A stretch of DNA of 56,318 bases from Bacteroidota bacterium (lineage in GTDB: Bacteria > Bacteroidota > Bacteroidia > Chitinophagales > Chitinophagaceae). The stretch is taken from the NCBI GenBank assembly GCA_031367625.1, contig JANLQE010000372.1, positions 1 to 56,318 of the forward strand. Direction: 5' to 3'. Below are positions 46,501 to 56,100 of the stretch, one piece after another. The translations under genes and the position numbers were made by a program. Every line of letters starts with the position of its first letter. Positions within the stretch are counted from its first letter, which is position 1. The notes under the pieces are model-generated. The model did not search any database and was not told the origin of the DNA. It was given only the letters and a program-made list of their open reading frames with translations.

Positions 46501-48514
46501 TAATTCCGCCTTCAGTTTTAATACTTCTTTTGTTACCGGTGCTTCCTGTCCCCCGGTAATAGCCCGGTTCAACAATACATCGGCAGGAGCGGTGAGCGTA
46601 ACCTGGAATTTTGGTGATGGCACAACCGCGGGTAATGTTAACTACCCTTCTCATACCTACCCCCTTGCCGGCAAGTATATTATTACGCTGTATGTGTATG
46701 GGGATAATGGTTTAAAGGGAACTTACACTGATTCGGTTACCGTAAACGAAATGCAGGCGAAGAGTCAATTTAACCCAACAGAAGCCTGTGTATCGCAACA
46801 AGTAAATTTTAAAACAAAAGCATCCGGGGTTGATACTTATTTATGGGATTTTGGCGATGGCGTTTTATCGGCATCCAAAGATAGTGCTGCCAGTCATTTT
46901 TACAAAAGCCCCGGCATTTATACCCCAGTATTAATTGTAACCAATACCGAAGGTTGTTCTGTTGCCATTCCTGCTGCTGAAAAAATAATTATTGATAGCC
47001 TGTCTATCGGTATTAAAGGAATACCCACGCAGATATGTAACCAGGCTAAAATATTTTTCAATGCAGATGTATATAGTATTGGCGCTTCGCAATCTGCAGA
47101 TTTTCTTAAATATACATGGAATTTTGGTACGGGTAATGCTGCAGATACTGCCAACATCATCAATCCTGTTTTTAATTATACCAGCCCAGGTACTTATACC
47201 GTTACTTTAAAAGTAAATGCAAAATCAGGCTGTGTAAAAGAAGTAAAAGAAACCATCACGGTAAAGCAATCATCAAAGGGAACTATTACCGGGCCATCAG
47301 AAATATGCCCCGGCAAAACTGCACAGTTTACTGCAACGGCTTCTATTGCCAACGCCGTTCAATGGGCCTGGGATTTTAAAAATGGGCAAACCATTAATAC
47401 ACAAAATGCTTCGCCACAGCTTTATACAAACCCCGGTAATTACAATATTACTTTAATAATAAACAACCAGGGGTGTTATGATACAGCTATTCACCAGTTA
47501 ACTGTCCGGCCCAATCCTGTTATACAATTATCGCCAAAAGAAACGCTTATTTGTTTGGGTAAATCTGTTCAACTGAATGCATCCGGGGGTACAATTTATC
47601 AATGGACACCGGCAACAGGATTAAGTAATCCGCAAACTGCTTCACCAATTGCAGCCCCATCAGCTACTACCAATTATCTCGTTAAAGTAACTAACGGTTT
47701 TGGATGTTCGCTTCTTGATTCAGCAGAGGTAAAAGTAGCGCAGCCATTTAAAATAACGGCGAAACTAAATTATACTATTTGTGCAGGAGACAAGGTACTG
47801 TTATCGGCCCAGGGCGCTTCTTTGTACAAGTGGATAAATAACACACAGGGATTAAGTAATACCCTCAGTGGTTCTGTAACGGCCACGCCAGCCTTTACAA
47901 GCTTATATACTGTGGTAGGGTATGATGATAAAGCTTGTTTTACTGACACCGCTGAAATTAATGTTGTTGTAAACAGCAGGCCTTTAATTAATGCAGGGCC
48001 AGATATAGAATCGATGCCCGGTAACCCAGTACAATTAAAAACCACCGGAAGCAATGATATTATAAAATGGACCTGGCAGCCACCCGATTTTTTAAGTTGC
48101 ACCCAATGCCCGTCTCCTATCAGCACTGCCACAAGAACGGTGAGCTATATCGTAAATGCTTTAAATGCCAATAACTGTATGGCATCAGATACCATAACCA
48201 TAAAAATCCTCTGTACTGGCGGCCAGATATTAATCCCAAATGCGTTTACCCCAAATAATGATGCAAAGAACGATGTGTTTTATGTTATGGGCAATGGCGC
48301 TTCTCTGCTGAAACATTTTATTATTTATGACCGCTGGGGAACCAAAGTGTTTGAGCGGAATAATGTAAATGTGAATGATATTTCTGGCGGATGGGATGGT
48401 AAGTACAAAGGTTTACCGGCCACCAATGGCAGTTATGTATATTTTGCAGAGCTGGTATGTAATACCACGGGAGAAACATTTCTGCGGCAGGGTACTGTAT
48501 TGTTGATAAGATAA
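43562..48514 (+). CDS. Large PKD-repeat surface protein with T9SS type-B (gliding-motility) C-terminal domain
   Basis: Signal peptide (LHAQ), about 14 WDFGDG-like repeats, C-terminal IPNAFTPNND...IYDRWG...GWDGKYKG...GSYVY...GTVLLIR. Confidence 0.92.
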   Translation: MKKFVPKSLCFLILLFNCCLLHAQLNADFVMSTNGGCTPLKITFSNASTGTSSGTTYKWDFGNSNTSVLLNASSVYFTEGKYTVTLTANDGTKTSVRNKEISVYKKPVADFTWSSSKGCSPLTINFSSTSVAGDGSLTNYYWDFGDGSTQQSFGPTISHVYLIPQKATVTLTAVNQYGCYNTITKNDIIEVLEPLIPAFSVDKAILCRISDTVRFTNTSKGPGTLSYLWDFGDGNSSTVINPKYVFNKKGYYTIKLTVTSSEGCINSIVQNNYINVADFKSDFNLPPDICQNNSLLITNQSTPNPSQTVWNMGDGNLNYYSYPFNYSYNQPGNYTVKLINTFGTCIDSVSKNIRIKPYPALNGFINEITSVCGAPVLVKFKDTSATAVKWEWDFSYDYYNSKISSTIQAPSYTYTSDGYYNTRLKVENAEGCSNSIIKSIQITRPWVNIFYTASTSNLGTNSCGPVTISFASNSSEQIVKYDWIFSDGSNSTDATPTHTFTNKGSTVIRLNYTTVNGCTGTANFYTSVNVYEKPVADFTSLSGTKICGNSVVEFQSTSTGNINYHYWVIDGRYAGNSYYNRFSYQFYTAGKHTIQLIVWNDGCRDTMTKVDYIEVFPPFAKINGVQNTCDGNRDVLTFTDGSKDATAWQWNFGDNITATYTTAQPSITHTYTNTGSYKIVLAVTNGSCTVKDSSVAYVWLKQKPLLTAVKTSLCSEEGLNYTLSNLEKTPYPGIWASYFFDKFEYGDGTRFMGTNSTYDNIVNPIPYSGQLNYFEKNKDKLRVIIRNGYLGCADTSNYIPLTINGATAGFEVTTDKICFKSPVLFRDTSTSTAGNAILSWQWNFGDGNVQTFAQGGAVSHLYANPGGYYVTLKVTDASGCTSSTSTYSKYVQVNGPKAAFNTSGTNVPLNTTVYFYNNTNAYGSSNTQYQWDFGDGNSSNVYYPSNIYTRAGTYTIRLITTDIVSGCSSEAIQTITVRNFNSAFSFNTSFVTGASCPPVIARFNNTSAGAVSVTWNFGDGTTAGNVNYPSHTYPLAGKYIITLYVYGDNGLKGTYTDSVTVNEMQAKSQFNPTEACVSQQVNFKTKASGVDTYLWDFGDGVLSASKDSAASHFYKSPGIYTPVLIVTNTEGCSVAIPAAEKIIIDSLSIGIKGIPTQICNQAKIFFNADVYSIGASQSADFLKYTWNFGTGNAADTANIINPVFNYTSPGTYTVTLKVNAKSGCVKEVKETITVKQSSKGTITGPSEICPGKTAQFTATASIANAVQWAWDFKNGQTINTQNASPQLYTNPGNYNITLIINNQGCYDTAIHQLTVRPNPVIQLSPKETLICLGKSVQLNASGGTIYQWTPATGLSNPQTASPIAAPSATTNYLVKVTNGFGCSLLDSAEVKVAQPFKITAKLNYTICAGDKVLLSAQGASLYKWINNTQGLSNTLSGSVTATPAFTSLYTVVGYDDKACFTDTAEINVVVNSRPLINAGPDIESMPGNPVQLKTTGSNDIIKWTWQPPDFLSCTQCPSPISTATRTVSYIVNALNANNCMASDTITIKILCTGGQILIPNAFTPNNDAKNDVFYVMGNGASLLKHFIIYDRWGTKVFERNNVNVNDISGGWDGKYKGLPATNGSYVYFAELVCNTTGETFLRQGTVLLIR

Positions 48515-48647
48515 GGAAGTTAAAAACTTACTGGGTTAACCCTTGGCGGATTAATTAATTGATAACAAATAAAGTCCATGTGGCTGAAATATTAATAGAA
48601 AATACAAAAGCCCCCCTCAAAACATAGCTGCGTAGCAGCAATATACA

Positions 48648-49004
48648 TCAAATTTCCAGCAGCCTTTTCAGTGCAGTTTGAATATAACCATCATTAAATG
48701 CACTTGCCAATAACCCTGAACAAAATCTGTCTCCACGGATATGCCAGGCTATTATGCGAAAAATATCTTCCTGGTTAAGCTGGCTGATAAAAACTATTTT
48801 GTCCTTAGCCTTTTTCCATGCACGGGATATACTATCGTAGTCTGGATTTATCCAATTATTTTCTTTTGCGTATTCTACAAAATCCATAATGGTATCGCCA
48901 TAATTGTATGGATCGAATATTAAATTCATACCGACTGTATAAAGCGGCTCCTCTGCATTTATGCGGCGCAACCATTCTTCAATTTCCGGTTTATTAATTT
49001 TCAT
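48648..49004 (-). CDS. DUF6508-like protein
   Basis: HIRGDRFCSGLLASAFNDGYIQTALKRL C-terminal motif. Confidence 0.65.
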   Translation of the reverse strand: MKINKPEIEEWLRRINAEEPLYTVGMNLIFDPYNYGDTIMDFVEYAKENNWINPDYDSISRAWKKAKDKIVFISQLNQEDIFRIIAWHIRGDRFCSGLLASAFNDGYIQTALKRLLEI

Positions 49005-49014
49005 ATTTGTTTTT

Positions 49015-49658
49015 TTACTTGTTTTCTATCAGCTTCACTTTCTCAGCACTTAACCCATACAACTCATAAACTTTTTCATTTATTTTATCATCGGTATATG
49101 CAATGCGTTGTGCTAATTGCTGCACCTGGTTGGGTAAAGTGCTGGTTTGTTTTTGCTGCTGCAATTGCAGCATGGTTGTTACCAACTGAACAATTTCATC
49201 GTGGAGCGATTTTTCGGGTTTATTGGTGAAGTCAATTTTTTTGATGGGTAATTGTGAGAAATATTATTTTGTAAATTAATCCAACCACCTCTGAAAACGT
49301 TGCTGATATTTTTAAGTACCCAAAAAAGTAAATTGGAATTTAAGATTCCCAATAAAAAATGCTTATTTATATTTTCATTAATTATTGATATTGAAAATCC
49401 GCCACCAGCCATTAAAGTATGCTGAACTTTATTGTAAGGCAATTCAGTAAAAAGCCCTTTACCTTCAAGCAAAAGAATAATTATATCAGCTTTTGAATGT
49501 AGCCGTAAACTTTTGGGTACACTAAAGGAATACCATTGCTGATATTGGGCCTTTTCTTCTCATTTTACTTTTTGAGATTTTATGTATGAATAAGTTAGCG
49601 GGTATTATTTTTTCAATTCGGCTTCATCAAAAAGTAAAACTTTCTCATTTAAGATCAC
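49015..49658 (-). pseudogene. 3' remnant of a type IIG-like restriction-modification gene (TaqI_C-like specificity domain)
   Basis: LFDEAELKK*YPLTYSYIK...K*EE...WYSFSVPK...FLLGILNSNLLFW...FRGGW, frameshift, TK*YFSQLPIKKIDF...HDEIVQLV...INEKVYELYGL. Stops at 49605-07 and 49560-62, frameshift near 49275. Confidence 0.85.
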
Positions 49659-49728
49659 TCTGCTAAATAATAAAACAAGCGGTTACTACATATACTATTA
49701 TCTTCCCAAACAATTACATCATAAAAAA

Positions 49729-51027
49729 TTAATTAGAGAAATAAAAATTTCCATTACCACTGTTAAATCTTGGGTTTATAAAGTTGTTTAGTTTTGAACC
49801 AAACCGGTAACTAATTCCAAAGAAACTAAAGAAAGAAAAGTTTGTTGCCAGTTGCCTTTGCCGGGTTAAAATATCCTGTGCCGAAGTTTGACCTTTGGGC
49901 AAATAAATCTGATCTCTCAGAATATTTCCAAATAAATAAACATTGAAAGATAACCCTCCGCTTATTCTCACATTTACACCACCTCCAACACCTACATTAT
50001 AATACTTCATTTTATTTAAATAGGCATGGTAACTGGATGAAAGATTTACAGTTCCCCATTTTTGATTGTAGGTTAAAGATATATCCAACTGCTGCCCCGG
50101 AAGGGTTTCCTGCGTTTTAAAATAAAGTGTTGTATCAAAATACCTGTTGCTGGTAACATCTACTCCATACCTTAAAGTAAAAAATTTATTATTTACATCC
50201 TTGTAAGGAAAAATATTGTACTCTATGGCAGGCCGGATAAATGCCCTGGCCTTATAATTTGAAAATGTGCTTTTGGATAAACCAAGATCATAACCCACTG
50301 ACCAATGCCCTGAAATACTTTTTACCAACTGGTGGCTAAAATCATAATTTTCATTCTTCACTGTTATTTTTGAAGTGCCGGATACATCAGAAAATTCAAA
50401 TGAATTCCTTCTCCTCCCAGCTTCAAGGGAGAAGCTGATCTTTGACTTATCCGTAACCCGGCTGGCAGAAATATTGGCATTATAGTTTGATCCTTTATAA
50501 TTAGCATCTGCATTTATATTTCCATTTACACCAACCCTGTATACCCAGTAATTCCAGGGGTCTTTTGTAGATTGTTCTTTAGCAGCAGAGTCGGTTGTAC
50601 CTTCTTCTTTAACGGTGATATTTATGCGATCTATAAATTTTGTTTTGCTTATAAAAGGCACCAGCCCAAGCTGAATATACCTCACAAGCAAATCTCTGTT
50701 TTCAAACTCGGTATTGTTGCGCTTTGTATCAAAGTGCAGCGTATCTGTTTGATGAAAACGGTTTTGCCCATAAAATATTAATTGGTACTGGCTTCCGCCT
50801 CCCCCATTATTTTGTTGGGTTATCAAAAGATGTACATCAGCGGCCTGGTTATCGAGAACATAATCTACATAGCTGATTTGTGTTTTTACATAATTTATAT
50901 CACAATACGAATTGCTGCAGTCCACAAACAATTTTATTTTTGAGTCGGTGATTGTTTGTGATGAGCACTTAAAATACAAACACATAATAATGAATACAGA
51001 AATTGATGTACGGAAAATACTTTTCAT
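49729..51027 (-). CDS. Hypothetical outer-membrane beta-barrel protein
   Basis: Signal peptide, DCSNSYCD N-domain, DPWNYWVY, many amphipathic strands ending GISYRFGS...NPRF. Confidence 0.7.
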   Translation of the reverse strand: MKSIFRTSISVFIIMCLYFKCSSQTITDSKIKLFVDCSNSYCDINYVKTQISYVDYVLDNQAADVHLLITQQNNGGGGSQYQLIFYGQNRFHQTDTLHFDTKRNNTEFENRDLLVRYIQLGLVPFISKTKFIDRINITVKEEGTTDSAAKEQSTKDPWNYWVYRVGVNGNINADANYKGSNYNANISASRVTDKSKISFSLEAGRRRNSFEFSDVSGTSKITVKNENYDFSHQLVKSISGHWSVGYDLGLSKSTFSNYKARAFIRPAIEYNIFPYKDVNNKFFTLRYGVDVTSNRYFDTTLYFKTQETLPGQQLDISLTYNQKWGTVNLSSSYHAYLNKMKYYNVGVGGGVNVRISGGLSFNVYLFGNILRDQIYLPKGQTSAQDILTRQRQLATNFSFFSFFGISYRFGSKLNNFINPRFNSGNGNFYFSN

Positions 51028-51206
51028 TGGAGCCAGTTTTAGACCCCTAATGATAACTAATTAATTGTTAAGAATATTTAAATATTCATTTTTTTTGTGG
51101 GTGGTAAATTAAAAATCAGGCTCATGAACATTATGGTAAATGAATATCATTTGTTTTAGAAATTAAACTACTGCTTTTTTTAAGAGAAGTACCGGGGTTA
51201 AAGGAA

Positions 51207-51247
51207 TAAAAAAAGTTGAAAGGGAGACGGAAAATTCCTTTCAACTT
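51207..51247 (-). terminator. Intrinsic terminator after the small secreted protein
   Basis: AAGTTGAAAGGGA...TCCTTTCAACTT with an upstream A-run on the plus strand. Confidence 0.78.
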
Positions 51248-51310
51248 ATAATTAATCATCAAAAACGTATTATTTTATTATAACCAATTTCTGCTTCAAT
51301 CTTCCACGTA

Positions 51311-51348
51311 ACCCCCTCTCCTTTTTAGGAGAGGGCCGGGGGTGAGGT
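51311..51348 (-). repeat. REP-like element
   Basis: Reverse complement ACCTCACCCCCGGCCCTCTCCTAAAAAGGAGAGGGGGT, abutting the stop codon. Confidence 0.78.
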
Positions 51349-51671
51349 TAACCTCTTCTTCTATGTTGGCGGTTTATTTGGCGTTCAGCTCTTTTTTCAG
51401 GATGTTTTACACCGTCATGTCTTAAATCTTTAGCATCGCTATGGATATCTTTTTTATCGGCTTTTATATCCTTCGTCAAATCTTTTGCACCTTGTTTATT
51501 GCCTGCTTTTATATCTGCCCGGCGTTGTTTTTCATCCTTTCTTACATCACGCATATCTTTACGCATGTCTTTCATGTCTGTTTTTTTATCAGATACAGCA
51601 GGGGTTGTTGTTTGTGCAAATGCGCCTAAAGTAAGCAGCATAGATGCAGCGATGATAATTGTTTTTTTCAT
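51348..51671 (-). CDS. Small secreted, highly charged helical protein
   Basis: MKK...AFAQ signal peptide; D/K/R-rich periodic repeats (DMKDMRKDMRDVRKD; DIKADKKDIHSD). Confidence 0.8.
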   Translation of the reverse strand: MKKTIIIAASMLLTLGAFAQTTTPAVSDKKTDMKDMRKDMRDVRKDEKQRRADIKAGNKQGAKDLTKDIKADKKDIHSDAKDLRHDGVKHPEKRAERQINRQHRRRG

Positions 51672-51826
51672 AATTTTTTATTTTAAGTTTATTTATAAAT
51701 AGATTTTTTTAGAGAAAGAAAGTTTAATCAGCCCCGGTTAAGCATTGGTTAACCGCAATGCAGAGAAGGTTTACAACCCTTAGGGTAAAACGCAGATTTA
51801 GTAAATTTAAAAACTCAAATTATATT

Positions 51827-52711
51827 TTATTGAGGGATAACTTTTTTTACCTGCCGCAATACTCTAATCATTTGCAGCAAAATTGCCAGCACTATTAATG
51901 CAAGGCCAATGTAAAATCCGTTGTGCAGCATTTTGTTTTCATTAAAAAAAATAAAGGCCAGTATAATGCCGTACACCGGTTCTAAATTATAAGTAAGATT
52001 TGCAGTAAAGGCAGAGATTTTTTTTAGGGCATTCAACTGCAGGTCGAAACTTACTACCGTACACAATGCAGCTAATATGAGCAACCAGCCCCAATCGTGT
52101 ATAGTGGGTAAATAATAAGCAGCCGGAAACTGCATAAGATAAAAGGGCACTAAAAATGTGAGCAGCACTAACCCGCTGCCCAACTCGTAAAGCGTTAAAA
52201 TTTTTGGAGAAAACCTGAGCAGTAACTGCTTATTAAATACTGGAAACAAAGCACTGCCCATGGCAGATATTAGTCCGAATATGATACCCACTTTATATTG
52301 AGGATGAAAATCGAAAATGATGTAGATACCGGAAATAGCCAGTATGCCCAATAATAATTCTGCCGGTACAATTTTCTTTCTTAAAATAGCGGGTTCAAAA
52401 ACAGCAGTAAAAAAACCCGTAGCAGAAAAACAAACCAGGGCCACCGACACGTTTGCATATTTTACACTACCATAAAAAGTTACCCAGTGAATGGTAATTA
52501 CCAGCCCTACCCCGGCAATTTTAAGCATGTCTTTGGCAGGTATAGCCAGCAACTGTTTTTTATAGAGCATGATGGTGCCTAAAATAATTACGGTAAGGAA
52601 TAAACGATACCAAACCAGCAAGCCTTCATTTAATTCTATCAGCTTACCCAGGATAGCTGTAAAGCCTGCCAGAAAAACCGCAATATGCAATTGTATAAAT
52701 GCTTTTTTCAT
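51827..52711 (-). CDS. DMT/EamA family transporter
   Basis: LHIAVFLAGFTAILGKLI, HWVTFYGS, FEP, NLEPVYGI; about 10 TM. Confidence 0.92.
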   Translation of the reverse strand: MKKAFIQLHIAVFLAGFTAILGKLIELNEGLLVWYRLFLTVIILGTIMLYKKQLLAIPAKDMLKIAGVGLVITIHWVTFYGSVKYANVSVALVCFSATGFFTAVFEPAILRKKIVPAELLLGILAISGIYIIFDFHPQYKVGIIFGLISAMGSALFPVFNKQLLLRFSPKILTLYELGSGLVLLTFLVPFYLMQFPAAYYLPTIHDWGWLLILAALCTVVSFDLQLNALKKISAFTANLTYNLEPVYGIILAFIFFNENKMLHNGFYIGLALIVLAILLQMIRVLRQVKKVIPQ

Positions 52712-52720
52712 TGCTGCAAA

Positions 52721-52860
52721 GATACCTCACCCCTGGCCCCTCTCCTAAAAAGAGAGGGGTAACCCGAAGATTGCAGCGAAGATGGTGGGATACCTCGCCC
52801 CTGGCCCCTCTCCTGAAGAGAGAGGGGTAACCAGAAGATTGCTGCGAAGATGGTGGGATA
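52721..52860 (+). repeat. Tandem 68-bp direct duplication, each unit carrying a REP-like hairpin
   Basis: Units 52721-52788 and 52789-52856 differ at about 5 positions. Confidence 0.9.
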
Positions 52861-53051
52861 GATTCACGGATGAAACTGATTGGAGGGATAAGAACGCATT
52901 GTAAGGCTACCTTAAAAAAAATTCACGCAGAGAGCGCAGGAGAAAAAAATAATTGATTATAAAACGCTGCCCACTCTGCTAATCTGCGTACAATCCGTGT
53001 AAATCCGTTTTATCCGTGTCATCCCTGTCTGAATGGCTTCAGCCAGGCAGG
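52858..53051. repeat. Composite intergenic repeats (CACGGAT / ATCCGTG arrays, CCTGTCTG..CAGGCAGG hairpin)
   Basis: GATTCACGGAT at 52861; complementary ATCCGTG-like units at 52982-53026; inverted repeat 53024-53051. Confidence 0.6.
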
Positions 53052-53174
53052 CGTGTATCTATCCTTCCTTTGCAAAAAAAATCTAAAAAAGTGTATAAGG
53101 TTGCCACCCAATAATAAACATAGCTATATTTGCCCACCCGATAATTATCGGGATATAAATAACAACCACATATA

Positions 53175-56100
53175 ATGAGCTTTAAACGCATCAACAACAT
53201 TACAGGCTGGGTAATATGTATTATTGCCTGTGCGGTATATCTTATGACCATGGAAGCCACAGGCAGTTTTTGGGATTGCGGGGAGTTTGCCTCCAGTGCA
53301 TACAAATTACAAATTCCTCACTCACCAGGGGCACCATTTTTCGTTTTAATTGGCAGGTTGTTTATGGTGCCTTTCGATCCGCAACATGCAGCTACCGGCA
53401 TCAATACCATGAGTGCACTGGCAAGCGGTTTTACCATATTATTTTTATTCTGGAGCATTACTCATTTTGCCCGTAAAATTGTACAAAAAGACGGTACACC
53501 ACTCAGCAATGATAAAATGGTGGGTATTATGGCAGCCGGTGTGGTAGGGTCTTTGGCGTATGCTTTCTCCGATTCTTTTTGGTACAGTGCAGTAGAAGGC
53601 GAAGTATATGCACTTTCTTCTTTCTTTACTGCTTTGCTTTTTTGGGCAATGCTTAAATGGGAGCAGAATGTTACAGCAGAACAGGAAATGGGCATTAAAG
53701 GGCATTTTACCAAAGCCGACAGGTGGATCATCCTGTTATTCTTTTTAATGGGTTTATCTATCGGTGTGCATTTACTAAACCTGCTTACCATACCCGCTAT
53801 TGTGATGATCTATTTTTATAAAAGATATACCGTTACTCCATGGAAAACATTTTTTGCTTTTGTAATCAGTTGCGTAATCACAGGGTTAGTTCAAAAAGCA
53901 TTAATCCAGTGGTCAGTTAGTGCCGCCGGTGGGTTTGATATATTTTTTGTAAACAGCCTGGGGCTTCCTTTCTTTACGGGTTTCGGCTTCTTTTTTATTC
54001 TTTTAGTAGCCCTTATTTTCCTGGGATTATATTATGCTGATAAGAAAAACTGGAACCTTTTAAAATTAGGGTTATGGTGTTTTCTTTTTATAACATTAGG
54101 TTGCTTTGGTTCTTATTTTACCACGCTGGTAAGAAGCAATGCCAACGTATCTATTGATATGAATGAGGTAGATAACCCGGTAAACCTGAAGAGCTATGTT
54201 TCCCGTGATCAGTATGGCGATTGGCCAATACTTTTTGGGCAGGATTTTACGGCCCAGATACAGGATTCAAAAATTACGGAAACGTATATTAAAGCAAACG
54301 GCAAATATGAAAAAGCGGGCCGCAAGGCTACTTATATTTATGCACCGGAAGACATCCATTTTTTTCCACGCATGTGGGACCAAAGCAATGAGCAGGGGCA
54401 TGCAGATTATTATGCAGGCTGGGCAGGTATAGGAAAAAATAAAGATGGCACCTGGGAAAGGCCCCCTACCATGGCAGAAAACATTGGCTTCTTTATGAGT
54501 TACCAGGTAAACTGGATGTACTGGCGATATTTTATGTGGAATTTTGCCGGTAAGCAAAACGATATTCAGGGTGTGCAGATGGGAAATGTGAGAGATGGCA
54601 ACTGGAAAACGGGCATCGGTTTTTTTGACAATCTCCGCCTGGGAAATCAAAACAATTTACCCGACAGCCTTAAAAATAATAAAGCCAATAACAGTCTATT
54701 CGCATTTCCGTTTATTTTAGGTTTGCTTGGTTTATTTTACCAGGTAAAAAAAGATAACAGAGATGCACTCGTTGTAGGATTATTATTTCTTTTAACGGGT
54801 CTCGCCATTTCTTTTTATTTAAATATGGCCGGCAATCAGCCAAGAGAAAGAGATTATGCTTTTGTAGGTTCTTTTTATGCTTTTGCTATCTGGATAGGCC
54901 TTGGTGTTTTATATGTAAAAGATTTATTGTTGCCATACATAAAAAATCTGCGGACATCCAGTTATGTAGCAGGTGGCATTTGTTTATTACTGGTGCCGGT
55001 AATTATGGCCAGCCAGGAGTGGGACGATCATGACAGGAGCCACAAAGTATTGGCAAGAGATCTGGCCACCGATTATCTTGAAAGCTGTGCGCCCAATGCT
55101 ATACTTATTACGTTTGGCGATAATGATACTTACCCTTTGTGGTATGCACAGGAAGTGCAGGGCATCAGAAAAGATATACGGGTTATCAACAGCAGTTTGC
55201 TGGGTACCGATTGGTATATAAATCAATTGAGGTATAAGGTAAATCAAAGCGATCCGATAGATCCAATATGGAGTGCCACGCAGATTGAAGGCGCTAACAG
55301 GGATGTGGTTTACAATGCGCCCATGCCCGGTATAGATGCTGCTAAATACATGGATTTGTACAGTATGATGAAAGATTATGCTGGCAGTGATGCGCCGGAT
55401 AAAGTAGAACAGACGAGAGATGGAGGAACTGTAAATGTATTTCCTTCTAAAAAAGTAAGCGTGCCGGTAGATATTAATCTGGTAAAACAAAATGGGACCG
55501 TAAATGCAAACGACAGTGTAGTAAGTGCCATGCAATTTGAAATACCTAAAACCGTTTTATATAAAAACGATGCCGCTATTTTAAACATCATTGCAGCTAA
55601 CAAATGGAAACGCCCTATTTACTTTACATCTCCTTATGGTGAATTAGGTTTCCAGGATTATCTTCGCCAGGATGGCCTTTCGTACAGGCTGGTACCGGTT
55701 AAAAACGGTGAGGTAAATAAGGATTGGGTAATGGACAAAATGATGAAAAAATTTGTTTTTGGAAATGCTGATAAACCAGGTGTGTATTTTGATGAAGAAA
55801 ACCGGAGGCACTTAAACACCATCCGCCTTGCTTATGCTCAGTCTGCATCTAACCTGGCAGATGCAGGCAGAAAAGAGGAAGCGAAAAAGCTATTACACCG
55901 CTGTGATGATATGATGCTGGACGGAAATTTTTCTTATGGCATGGTGAGCCGTAACCAACAGCAAAACCAGATTTCTTTACAGTTTTTATATGCAGCATAC
56001 AAAGCCGGCGATACTGCACTTGCAGATAAAGTATCCAAAAACCTTAAAAAAGATATGGAGCAGCAGGTGGCTTATTATCAAAGCCTTGATGATTCAAAAA

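Noticed and set aside
49179-49472. Stand-alone 97-aa gene from the ORF track
   Set aside because: It is the middle fragment of the R-M pseudogene; similarity continues across stops and a frameshift.
49560-49607. Programmed read-through or selenocysteine in the R-M fragment
   Set aside because: Mixed TAA and TGA stops, a frameshift and a missing 5' part indicate decay.
52721-52860. Possible CRISPR array
   Set aside because: Only two units, the would-be spacers are near-identical, and there are no cas genes; it is a tandem duplication.
582-55603. Numerous 60-180 aa ORFs antisense to or nested in real genes (e.g. 582-773, 3514-3906, 17868-18179, 36336-36884, 54987-55535)
   Set aside because: Shadow frames of well-supported genes, with no motifs or independent expression signals.
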